In this document: in pieces, positions 16,101 to 23,727 of the stretch | Layout of the letters: each line of letters begins with the position of its first letter | How positions within the stretch are numbered: the first letter of the stretch is position 1 | DNA from: a virus | Direction: 5' to 3' (one strand) | Length of the DNA: 47,383 bases | Virus record (IMG/VR): IMGVR_UViG_3300027509_000005 | The notes under the pieces: generated by a model | What the model saw: the letters and a program-made list of their open reading frames with translations, nothing else | Database searches by the model: none | Told to the model about the DNA's origin: nothing | Translations under genes and position numbers: made by a program

Positions 16101-16385
16101 TCATACTCGGTCGTTATCGCTATCTGCCCACTCATGGTCTATTTCTACTTGGCATAGACATGAGATTGTTTCTTCTACATGCTCTCCGTCATATCGATCG
16201 TATGTATTGGTTACTGTTCCTGTATCGCCACACTCATCACAACTGATCTCTTTTGCTTTCGCCATTCGCAGGTTATGAAATTGTGTTGTTGCCTCTCTTA
16301 GGAACTCGTTTGTATTCACTATTGTCTTACTTGCTAGGATCATACTTTTGTTTGTAAGTGGTATATCCTCAATGATTGAGTGCAT
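16101..16385 (-). CDS. Hypothetical protein with C-terminal Cys cluster, 94 aa
   Basis: First ORF downstream of the 16464..16492 promoter. Confidence 0.55.
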   Translation of the reverse strand: MHSIIEDIPLTNKSMILASKTIVNTNEFLREATTQFHNLRMAKAKEISCDECGDTGTVTNTYDRYDGEHVEETISCLCQVEIDHEWADSDNDRV

Positions 16386-16463
16386 ATCACTAATGGTTAT
16401 ATTTATGTTTACGAGGCTTTGAGTCAGACACTAATATTTTGCCGCTCTCAACCTTGTAATACA

Positions 16464-16492
16464 ATAATAGCATGCCTAATTTTTTTTGTCAA
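16464..16492 (-). promoter_or_regulatory. sigma70-type promoter (TTGACA - 17 nt - TATTAT)
   Basis: Minus strand reads ggggTTGACAaaaaaaattaggcatgcTATTATtgt. It starts 12 nt after the HTH gene stop. Confidence 0.65.
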
Positions 16493-16503
16493 CCCCTGTG
16501 TCA

Positions 16504-16638
16504 CTACTTCCTTTTATACTTATACACAGTTTCCCTTGATATATTCATGATCTTTGCAATATCTGTAGTGTTTATATTACTTTTAATGAGCAACTTTACT
16601 ATAACGAGCCTATATTTTGATATATCTTTCTGTGTCAT
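16504..16638 (-). CDS. 44-aa helix-turn-helix regulator (Cro/excisionase-size)
   Basis: MTQKDISKYRLVIVKLLIKSNINTTDIAKIMNISRETVYKYKRK, with RBS AAGGGTGA. The longer track ORF would run through a terminator and promoter. Confidence 0.6.
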   Translation of the reverse strand: MTQKDISKYRLVIVKLLIKSNINTTDIAKIMNISRETVYKYKRK

Positions 16639-16669
16639 TTTGTCACCCTTAGTGTCAATTACATTTCTA

Positions 16670-16698
16670 ATTATACGCCCATAAAGAAATAAAGTCAA
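16670..16698 (-). promoter_or_regulatory. Consensus sigma70-type promoter (TTGACT - 17 nt - TATAAT) for the HTH gene
   Basis: Minus strand reads TTGACTttatttctttatgggcgTATAAT, immediately after a terminator. Confidence 0.7.
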
Positions 16699-16699
16699 C

Positions 16700-16728
16700 A
16701 AAAAGAGCATACAACGATATGTATGCCC
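16700..16728 (-). terminator. Intrinsic terminator
   Basis: GGGCATACA-tatcgt-TGTATGCTC (9 bp including one G-U) followed by TTTTTG. Confidence 0.7.
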
Positions 16729-16737
16729 TTAATAGAC

Positions 16738-16923
16738 TTAATCACCCCCTTTGAGGACTTTAGTATGTGGACTGGTATTAGCCCTGACTTGTTCAGCTCT
16801 ATGACTATACCTCTTTGGATTCTCTGTATGCAATCTCTTTGCACCACATACACCGCAATCCCAAATATCATCTTTTTCAAGAGATTTAGTCATGGGTGTT
16901 TGGCATTTCCAGCACTGTATCAT
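16738..16923 (-). CDS. Zinc-ribbon protein, 61 aa
   Basis: CWKCQ ... CGVCG. ATGA overlap with the upstream gene. Followed by a strong terminator. Confidence 0.55.
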   Translation of the reverse strand: MIQCWKCQTPMTKSLEKDDIWDCGVCGAKRLHTENPKRYSHRAEQVRANTSPHTKVLKGGD

Positions 16924-17225
16924 ATCGACTTCCCCAGTTGTTTTTCACTAATGATCTCTTTTACTTGATCTTTAGTAACGATGACAGGATCGCCACCTTC
17001 TGGATAGTAGACAATAGATATCTGCTCACTGTCATCAATACGATAACTTGTAGAGAATTTCAGATCATCCATTGTGAAATACACGCACATTGCTGGAATT
17101 GGCTCTGGTGTTGTTACATCCACGCATTGAACTGGTGGCTGTACCTGAACGACTACCTGCGGATCTTGTGCGTTTGCGAGCGTTACGAACAGTAACATTG
17201 TTATTGCCACGTATAATTTTTTCAT
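16920..17225 (-). CDS. Secreted small protein, 101 aa
   Basis: Signal peptide MKKLYVAITMLLFVTLANA|QD. Confidence 0.6.
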   Translation of the reverse strand: MKKLYVAITMLLFVTLANAQDPQVVVQVQPPVQCVDVTTPEPIPAMCVYFTMDDLKFSTSYRIDDSEQISIVYYPEGGDPVIVTKDQVKEIISEKQLGKSI

Positions 17226-17235
17226 GTTTCATCTC

Positions 17236-17418
17236 CTACTCCGATTGAGTGAGTTTATCTACAAGTATCTCGTAGAGTGTGAAAACGCAATAAACTACTA
17301 TTGCGATAATGAGACTTGGTACAAAAAAAGCTATAAAAGCAGCTATAAGCGTAAATATGATTGATCCAAAAACGAGGATCAAAGCCCATAATGCAGCATT
17401 AAACAGTATATTATACAT
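17236..17418 (-). CDS. 60-aa double-TM membrane peptide
   Basis: Almost entirely hydrophobic. Strong RBS AAAGGAGGatatATG. Own TGATATAAT promoter. Confidence 0.6.
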   Translation of the reverse strand: MYNILFNAALWALILVFGSIIFTLIAAFIAFFVPSLIIAIVVYCVFTLYEILVDKLTQSE

Positions 17419-17444
17419 ATATCCTCCTTTAAGGTGCTACTTAC

Positions 17445-17453
17445 ATTATATCA
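17445..17453 (-). promoter_or_regulatory. Extended -10 promoter box TGATATAAT(GTAAGTA)
   Basis: Intergenic, upstream of AAAGGAGG-ATG of the 60-aa TM peptide. Confidence 0.55.
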
Positions 17454-17457
17454 TGTA

Positions 17458-17490
17458 AAGTAAAAACTCCTGGGTAAAGGAGTTTTAAAA
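17458..17490 (-). terminator. Hairpin/terminator (9-bp perfect stem)
   Basis: AAAACTCCT-ttaccc-AGGAGTTTT followed by TAC. It is preceded by a second hairpin, AGAAAC-gttttt-GTTTCT. Confidence 0.5.
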
Positions 17491-17520
17491 AAACTAGAAA
17501 CAAAAACGTTTCTTGTATAT

Positions 17521-17529
17521 ATTATATCA
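17521..17529 (-). promoter_or_regulatory. Extended -10 promoter box TGATATAAT
   Basis: Lies immediately after the terminator at 17531..17561. Confidence 0.5.
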
Positions 17530-17530
17530 C

Positions 17531-17561
17531 AAAACAAAAAACCCACCTATTAAGGGGGTTT
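17531..17561 (-). terminator. Intrinsic terminator
   Basis: AAACCCCC-ttaata-GGTGGGTTT followed by TTTTTGTTTT, downstream of the 17601 gene. Confidence 0.65.
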
Positions 17562-17600
17562 CTTGCAAAAGAAAAGTTGCGTATGTGTAGTGTATGAAAA

Positions 17601-17837
17601 CTACATACCTATTATACCACATTTCTTTAATCTGTTTTTTTCTGATTCGCAGGTGCTTTTAGTGTCTATGCTATTTGTATATATGTAATCAAGGCATTTG
17701 GTACATTGGCTTGTTGTTAGGTAGCCACCAGAGGTGACTTCGACTGAATACTTTATCTTCTCCCAATCCTCACGCCTTTCTTCAAATTCTACTATATACC
17801 TGAAACCCTCTGTTTTAGCTTTTCTGTTCTTTTTCAT
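17601..17837 (-). CDS. Hypothetical protein, 78 aa
   Basis: ORF after the endolysin; followed by an intrinsic terminator. Confidence 0.55.
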   Translation of the reverse strand: MKKNRKAKTEGFRYIVEFEERREDWEKIKYSVEVTSGGYLTTSQCTKCLDYIYTNSIDTKSTCESEKNRLKKCGIIGM

Positions 17838-17888
17838 TTCTTCTTTTATCTCGTTTACGCTTTTTCTTCTGCGACTTCTTTCTCTTTT

Positions 17889-18437
17889 TCATATTTGACC
17901 AAATTTCTCTTTATAAAGTTTTAATTCTTCTTCACATGTGATTGGAATCTCCTCTATAGCCATTGTATTACCCCAGCCACCACCTCTACCCCATGTAGCC
18001 CTAGAATGAACCACAATGCCGTCTACAGGGCTTGTAAACGACCATCCGAAGTCTTGGTTACCGTATGTATTAGATCCGTTTATGTCCAAACCAGGGTGGA
18101 AACTGTTGGAAGCTCCACTAATTTGATCCAAAAAGTCATAGCCTTTAATGCCTACGTCCATTCTCCTGCCAAACATTTTATCATAGTTTGTAGATTGTCG
18201 AGGGTTTATGTAGTTCTTTTTGACGTAGCTTCGCCCTTTTCTTATAACATACCGAAGCATTGTCTGATATGTAAGATTATCGCTTATCTCATGATGTAAA
18301 TGAGCGTACATCTGGTTTGAAGATGTTTTACTGTTTCCATCCCCTATAGTACCTAATTTTGTCTTATAAGCATAAACACGATCACCGACTTTAGCGGTAT
18401 TTTCGCTCATGTGGCCAAATAGGTGTATTCTTGCCAT
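17889..18437 (-). CDS. M23 (LytM/lysostaphin-type) peptidoglycan endopeptidase, endolysin; motif order permuted
   Basis: AHLHHE (aa 45-50) is the HxH motif and is preceded by KVGDRV..LGTIGDGN. FHPGLDING (aa 113-120) is the HxxxD motif and is followed by SPVDGIVV..GGGWGNTMAIEE. The gene is adjacent to the holins. Confidence 0.7.
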   Translation of the reverse strand: MARIHLFGHMSENTAKVGDRVYAYKTKLGTIGDGNSKTSSNQMYAHLHHEISDNLTYQTMLRYVIRKGRSYVKKNYINPRQSTNYDKMFGRRMDVGIKGYDFLDQISGASNSFHPGLDINGSNTYGNQDFGWSFTSPVDGIVVHSRATWGRGGGWGNTMAIEEIPITCEEELKLYKEKFGQI

Positions 18438-18442
18438 TTTAT

Positions 18443-18733
18443 TTATTCATACATTTTAACATCGTCCAAGCTACTGTTACTCTCTCCGCCTATTGCCTTC
18501 GCGCCCTCCCAGAGGCCAGTAGCAGCCAATCCTGACATTCCAAAGAGAATACCGCCTACAAGTCCTGATAAGCCTTCCGTCTGAAGCCCTGTGATGCCTC
18601 CTATGAGCATACCAGTGCCTAAAGCTACCAAAGGTACTCTATGGTTCTCAACGATCCTTGCTCGCTTAAATATGGCCGCAACCATAAATGAGATACTAAC
18701 AATTTGTGATAGTTCTACTACTGAATCAATCAT
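18443..18733 (-). CDS. Holin-like membrane protein (3 predicted TM)
   Basis: Gly-rich hydrophobic segments and a charged C-terminus. ATGA overlap with the upstream gene. Directly upstream of the endolysin. Confidence 0.6.
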   Translation of the reverse strand: MIDSVVELSQIVSISFMVAAIFKRARIVENHRVPLVALGTGMLIGGITGLQTEGLSGLVGGILFGMSGLAATGLWEGAKAIGGESNSSLDDVKMYE

Positions 18734-19041
18734 TGCTTTTTGTTACCAAGTGAATTAAGTTTATCCACAATCAATTTACTGATTGCGTTTCCAATAGATA
18801 TAAGTATAGGTGGGCCAACATGACCTGAGACTCCAGTGATGGCGTAAGCAAGGTATGGATAGCTCTCACCCATAAAGCCGAAGGCTATCAAGCCGACAAT
18901 TACACCTGCAAAAGAAGCCATGAATAGATTACTGAAAAATGAAATCATATCTTTTTTATCTTGCTTCAATGCGTAGGTTATCCCTCCTCCTATTGCCAGT
19001 AAAGCGTGTGCCAGTAATTCTTTGAAACCTACCTCAAACAT
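18730..19041 (-). CDS. Holin-like membrane protein (3 predicted TM)
   Basis: Three hydrophobic segments and a basic C-terminus (NSLGNKKQ). Confidence 0.6.
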   Translation of the reverse strand: MFEVGFKELLAHALLAIGGGITYALKQDKKDMISFFSNLFMASFAGVIVGLIAFGFMGESYPYLAYAITGVSGHVGPPILISIGNAISKLIVDKLNSLGNKKQ

Positions 19042-19045
19042 ATTA

Positions 19046-19864
19046 TTATTTTACGTTATATCTTTCTTTGGTGTAACCTTTTTCCAATAGACCACCTATC
19101 TCTAATCCAGCTAAATTATCGGGACTCCAATGCACACAGGCAAAAGTTCTCCACTGCGAGAATAGATATGCACAGTTTTTAACAACCATTTCCTGCTCTT
19201 CTGTGAGCCTATAATAATCTATAATCGCTTTTGCTGCTGATCCTGCAAGGCATCCATGCCCTGCTGGGAAAGACGGATGTGAGGGGCAGCCTTCCTCATA
19301 AGCAGTCATCTCCGCCCCACCACTGTATTCTTCTGGTCGAATGACACCAAAGTAGTATTTAGACTGGAAACCACGCTCTACGGCCATATCCTGCTTCCTA
19401 GTGATGTATCTAGTGGCCTTTGGTATTGTGCCGATAAACTCCTTCAAAAACTTTGTCCGTTTTGATCGTGGCTTTACGCCCTGTGAAACGAGCCAGTCCT
19501 GAATAGCAAGTGGTAAATCTGCACTGTGATCCATATGCACAATATCAGCACACCCTTTAGGGTCGCTATACATCAGTCCCATAGCATAAAGAGGCCCTGG
19601 CATTAATTCTTCTGGGTAGTGCTTTTGATCCCAAGGATAATGCTGTCGCATAAACTCATGAGGGTATTCGCCTTTCTGTAACATTTCTCGTACTTCCATC
19701 ACTTCTTGGTGGTACTGTGGCAAGTTCTTTTCGGTATAAGGGTTTTCTAGTCCGTTCTTTTTACCACGCCTCACTGAAACAACTTGTGTGCCTTCTACAT
19801 CAAGTTTCCTGATACTACGAACTGGATATGATATTTCCTCTGGATGTCCTTTTGAAAAGTGCAT
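19046..19864 (-). CDS. Soluble PAP2-superfamily enzyme (class A acid phosphatase / vanadium haloperoxidase-like)
   Basis: All three PAP2 motifs occur in order: KYYFGVIRP (KX6RP), HPSFPAGHG (PSGH-type), RTFACVHWSPD (RX5HX3D). I see no TM segment or signal peptide. Confidence 0.7.
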   Translation of the reverse strand: MHFSKGHPEEISYPVRSIRKLDVEGTQVVSVRRGKKNGLENPYTEKNLPQYHQEVMEVREMLQKGEYPHEFMRQHYPWDQKHYPEELMPGPLYAMGLMYSDPKGCADIVHMDHSADLPLAIQDWLVSQGVKPRSKRTKFLKEFIGTIPKATRYITRKQDMAVERGFQSKYYFGVIRPEEYSGGAEMTAYEEGCPSHPSFPAGHGCLAGSAAKAIIDYYRLTEEQEMVVKNCAYLFSQWRTFACVHWSPDNLAGLEIGGLLEKGYTKERYNVK

Positions 19865-19865
19865 A

Positions 19866-20123
19866 CTAAGCGTTTAATACTTTGATTAGTTCCGCCTCTT
19901 TCATCTTACTGTAACCCTTTACCCCTAGCATCTTTGCCTCAGCTTTCATGTCTTTAACGAGATCATCAGTAGACCATACCCTATCCTGCTTATTTCCAAG
20001 TAATGCGATTTCCTCCGCAACAGAAGCCATAGCCTCTGCATTTTCCTCAGCTTGCTTATCTGTTGTGTAATCCTCATCAATGAGAGCATCCATCTTTTTT
20101 TGTAGTGATTCTAATGTGTTCAT
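19866..20123 (-). CDS. Small acidic protein with C-terminal Rho_N/SAP-like motif
   Basis: ..LGVKGYSKMKEAELIKVLNA resembles the Rho N-terminal-domain motif (GxxGxSKMxKAELI). Confidence 0.5.
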   Translation of the reverse strand: MNTLESLQKKMDALIDEDYTTDKQAEENAEAMASVAEEIALLGNKQDRVWSTDDLVKDMKAEAKMLGVKGYSKMKEAELIKVLNA

Positions 20124-21586
20124 TACGATATTGTTACATCGGTTAGTTCATTTCTTGTGTGATACACAAATGTAGCCTGTGAACGCAATCCCTGAATCAA
20201 CCTACCATAAGCAGATGTCTGTGCGCCATTAAAGTTATATCTGTATCGTACCTCTACTTGTAGAGTCGCAGATGCTGGTACGTTAAGTCGAATAGCATTA
20301 CTGTGTCCCATTGTATGAGATCTTACATCAAGTGGTCTAATGACATCTGGGTTGGTATCTTCTCTCTGTGAAGCGTAGTTATACTCATCGTATGTTTCTG
20401 TGAGTACTGCTGCACCATTGACCAATAGTCTCCAGTCTGCCCATTGATACATTCTCATGCGTCGTAGTTGGTAGTAGAGTACACCGAAGTCTACAGATAC
20501 GTGTACGTCTGTTGCACATGATGGTGATGTCTCTGCTGTTGAAAGTGGAATCCAGTCACCTGTAATCGTACCTGTATTTGTTGTTACTGGAGCGATCCAA
20601 GTCTGTAGCCATCCAGTCCTGTTGGTCTGATCCATGAAAGGCCCAACACATTCTGTCTTAGTGAGTGTTTGTGGTGCTGGTATAACTGGAATAGCTGGGT
20701 GGTTTAATGGATAAGAAACGCCATTATGTACAACTTCTGTAGTCACACCTGCAACCTCTGTAGTATCAAATGTAGATGTTTGTGCAGGAGCTGTAGGTGC
20801 TGGATCTACTGGCCCAGAAGTACAAGGCTTTGGAGCGCATATTTCATATCCCTCTGGTATTTCGTCACATCCATCTACTTCAAGGCACTCTACTTCACGT
20901 TTATCTGTTGTCAGAGTTGCTCCTGCTGGTAGTGTGTTGGCAAATGTTGTTCCGTCTGTTGAGTATGAAACAGTGTGAGCAGAGCTTGTTCCGCCACTAT
21001 CAATGTTCCATGCTCGGAAGTTGTGCTGTCCTTCTGGTAGGAAGACTGGGCCAACTTCAGCAATATTGCTAGTTCTATCTTGGTATCCTAGTTCGTCAAT
21101 CAGTTGTAGTTGGCCACAACAGAATCCAACTTCAATAGCCCAGTAGCCTTCAGAGCCACCAGTATACCGAATCCATATACCTCCTGCTGGCACAGTAATA
21201 ACAGTATCAAGAACTTGAACATCTAACTCTCCTGCTGTATTGTCTGTGTCGTTCAGGTTAAGGTTTGTGTTGACTGAACTTGTAGTCGTTGGCAATGAGA
21301 AATCATGTGCCAATCGAAATGCTCGCCCAGCTGCTGTCGTTGAGTCAGCGATGGGGATAGTTGGTGCGGTGTCATGCCATTCTCGGTTAATCACGCCTGG
21401 AGTACCATCTGATAGCTTGTAGACTGGATAGCTATTAAGTGGAAGTGGTACAGTATTTCCGTTTGAGATCGTTAAGTCACATCCTTCAACTGATAGGATT
21501 TGCTCGTCTTTGTCTGTCTGATTTTCTACTGCCTTTTTGAGCTTGCATACGCAGTCCCAAATAGCATGCATTGATGGTAGTGCCAT
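20123..21586 (-). CDS. Cys-containing tail fiber / receptor-binding-like protein, 487 aa
   Basis: Lies within the run of tail genes. T/S/G-rich beta-type composition. Confidence 0.5.
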   Translation of the reverse strand: MALPSMHAIWDCVCKLKKAVENQTDKDEQILSVEGCDLTISNGNTVPLPLNSYPVYKLSDGTPGVINREWHDTAPTIPIADSTTAAGRAFRLAHDFSLPTTTSSVNTNLNLNDTDNTAGELDVQVLDTVITVPAGGIWIRYTGGSEGYWAIEVGFCCGQLQLIDELGYQDRTSNIAEVGPVFLPEGQHNFRAWNIDSGGTSSAHTVSYSTDGTTFANTLPAGATLTTDKREVECLEVDGCDEIPEGYEICAPKPCTSGPVDPAPTAPAQTSTFDTTEVAGVTTEVVHNGVSYPLNHPAIPVIPAPQTLTKTECVGPFMDQTNRTGWLQTWIAPVTTNTGTITGDWIPLSTAETSPSCATDVHVSVDFGVLYYQLRRMRMYQWADWRLLVNGAAVLTETYDEYNYASQREDTNPDVIRPLDVRSHTMGHSNAIRLNVPASATLQVEVRYRYNFNGAQTSAYGRLIQGLRSQATFVYHTRNELTDVTIS

Positions 21587-21590
21587 AGTT

Positions 21591-23696
21591 TTATTGTACT
21601 ACGAAGTTAGCTGAAATTAGTTTATCAGTTACAGGACACTGATAATCTACTCCATCCGTGGTGTGCGCAATTGTTCCTGTGAATGATACTGCTGTTGTTG
21701 ATCCGCTTGCCATTCCTGTGACAGTTTGTCCATCAGTGAACGTATGTGTCGTTCCTGCTGAATCTGTTACTGTGAATGTTCCACTCCATGAGGTTAGCGG
21801 TGCAGTCCCTGTAAAGAAGCTACCTGCTGTATGTGTTCCACTTCCTGCTGCTGTTGAGTTGAAGTCTGCTCCCATCTTTTGTGATGCACATATTACTTGA
21901 TCCCCTATAGGCTCTCCATTTTCATCACCGATTGGACAAGGACATTCGTCTGTGGGATCTCCGATAAGTTCGCACATTTTATCTGTTAGCGATTCTATAG
22001 CATCGGTTACTGAATCTGTGTTACTTGTGTCGCAAGGGTCACAACACGCTGTACATGAACCGTCTGTTACGATTGTCCAGTCATCAACGCTGTCAAGAAT
22101 TTCTCCTGTTGTTGCATTGATAAAGATGACTGTGCCATCGCTCATCGCTTGTGCTTGTACACAGATTTGCTCCTTGATTAGAATGATACATTCGTCAAAG
22201 TCTGCGTTGTTATCTACGTTACCAATGAAGTCAATGTCAGATGGTGAAGCATCTACTTCCCATTCGATGTGTCCACTGTTCTCACCCCATGAGAAATTAG
22301 ATAGTACAGAGTGTAGTTCGGGTGTTCCTGCTGCTGCAAGTGCTGCATCTACTGCTGCTTGTACGTCTGCTAGTGTGACTGTTTCTGTTGGGCTGTTTGG
22401 TAGTGTGTATGGGTAAGCTGTTCCGCCAAGGATAACGCTGATTGCTGTGATGTCCCAAGTGTCTTCGTTCTTGTCTGGGTTACTTTCAAGGCATGTTACT
22501 GTTTTTTCAGTTCCTTTGTTTGCTTCATAGCATACGTCCTTTGGATTTCCTACTGGGAATACTGGCGTTTCTGGATCTGGTTCTGGTATCGGCTCTCCTG
22601 TAGCACAGTCAACAAATATTCCTACCATTGTGTAGTCAACTAATGCTCCGTCAGCATCTTCTTGTAGATATGATACTTCTGGGCCGTCCCCACAATCTGT
22701 AATTGCTCGTACTACTGGTATAAAGTCTGTAAGTTCTGTTGAGTTTACGTTGTCACAACCATCTGTATATTCTGTTGTACATGCAGTTAGCGGTGTTTCA
22801 GCAAAATCTTCAACACAAGGGATCGCACATACTGGCTCGTACGGTGTGCCATCATCAAGAGTCGTGCTAACGATGTTTCCATCACAATCAAAACATTTAC
22901 GGAAGTAGATTGTTTCTGTTTCAACATACTGGACTACAAGTTTCTTTGGTGCTTTTACTTGTTCAGATGTGTATTGGATAAGTACAGGGACTTTATCACC
23001 TGGACAAACTCGGAAACCAACGTAACGTGCAAACATCTTGTTCAATACTACAAATGGTGCTGGTAGACCTCCACAACCATTCGGTAGGAAGTTACAAAAA
23101 GGCTCTACTGTTTGCGCCCATGGCATAATGCCATCAAGTCCTGTTGCCATTTGACTTACTTGGTCTGTCCATCCTGTAGCACTTGGTACTGTAAATGAAT
23201 CTACATCACCATTATCAAATTTAACTGTATACACTTGGTTAGTATGTGTGAAGCTAGTGAAAGTATTGTCTAGTCCACCTTCGATAAACTTATCTTTCCA
23301 ACATTCGCAATCAAGACATTCCTTTTTCGTACAAGGAATATCTGTAGGTGTAATAACTGGATCACCTGGAGTACCATCTTCATTGATTGGTGTAACAATC
23401 TGATCGTAGTTTCCAGTATCTTGATTACACAAAAATTCGATATCTGGTGCTATTGGCATTGGCTCATCACAAGATATGCCACTATCTAAGGTTGTGCTGT
23501 TTATTAGGACACCATCCTCAAAGAACTCAGTGACATAAATCCATGTGCCATCAGGCCCACAAATAGTACGAGGGGTAGACTCGTAATCCTTTTTCGCAAT
23601 CAATTCTTCTAGTTTTTCACAGATTGCCTCTAGCTCTTCTGTATTTCCAGTCAGGTCAATAGGGCAATTATTTTTGTCTACTAATACTACTTGCAT
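21591..23696 (-). CDS. Highly Cys-rich tail fiber-like protein, 701 aa
   Basis: About 33 Cys by manual count, acidic, D/T/G/P-rich. Tail-module position. Confidence 0.5.
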   Translation of the reverse strand: MQVVLVDKNNCPIDLTGNTEELEAICEKLEELIAKKDYESTPRTICGPDGTWIYVTEFFEDGVLINSTTLDSGISCDEPMPIAPDIEFLCNQDTGNYDQIVTPINEDGTPGDPVITPTDIPCTKKECLDCECWKDKFIEGGLDNTFTSFTHTNQVYTVKFDNGDVDSFTVPSATGWTDQVSQMATGLDGIMPWAQTVEPFCNFLPNGCGGLPAPFVVLNKMFARYVGFRVCPGDKVPVLIQYTSEQVKAPKKLVVQYVETETIYFRKCFDCDGNIVSTTLDDGTPYEPVCAIPCVEDFAETPLTACTTEYTDGCDNVNSTELTDFIPVVRAITDCGDGPEVSYLQEDADGALVDYTMVGIFVDCATGEPIPEPDPETPVFPVGNPKDVCYEANKGTEKTVTCLESNPDKNEDTWDITAISVILGGTAYPYTLPNSPTETVTLADVQAAVDAALAAAGTPELHSVLSNFSWGENSGHIEWEVDASPSDIDFIGNVDNNADFDECIILIKEQICVQAQAMSDGTVIFINATTGEILDSVDDWTIVTDGSCTACCDPCDTSNTDSVTDAIESLTDKMCELIGDPTDECPCPIGDENGEPIGDQVICASQKMGADFNSTAAGSGTHTAGSFFTGTAPLTSWSGTFTVTDSAGTTHTFTDGQTVTGMASGSTTAVSFTGTIAHTTDGVDYQCPVTDKLISANFVVQ

Positions 23697-23727
23697 ATAT
23701 TTTCATTATTACTCTTATCGTCTAAGA

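Noticed and set aside
2988-16710. N-terminal extensions of track ORFs 2592..3038, 4507..4872, 5256..5558, 15756..16016 and 16504..16710
   Set aside because: The extensions overlap upstream genes or run through promoter or terminator elements, and some start at TTG. Internal ATGs with better context were used, but the starts remain unverified.
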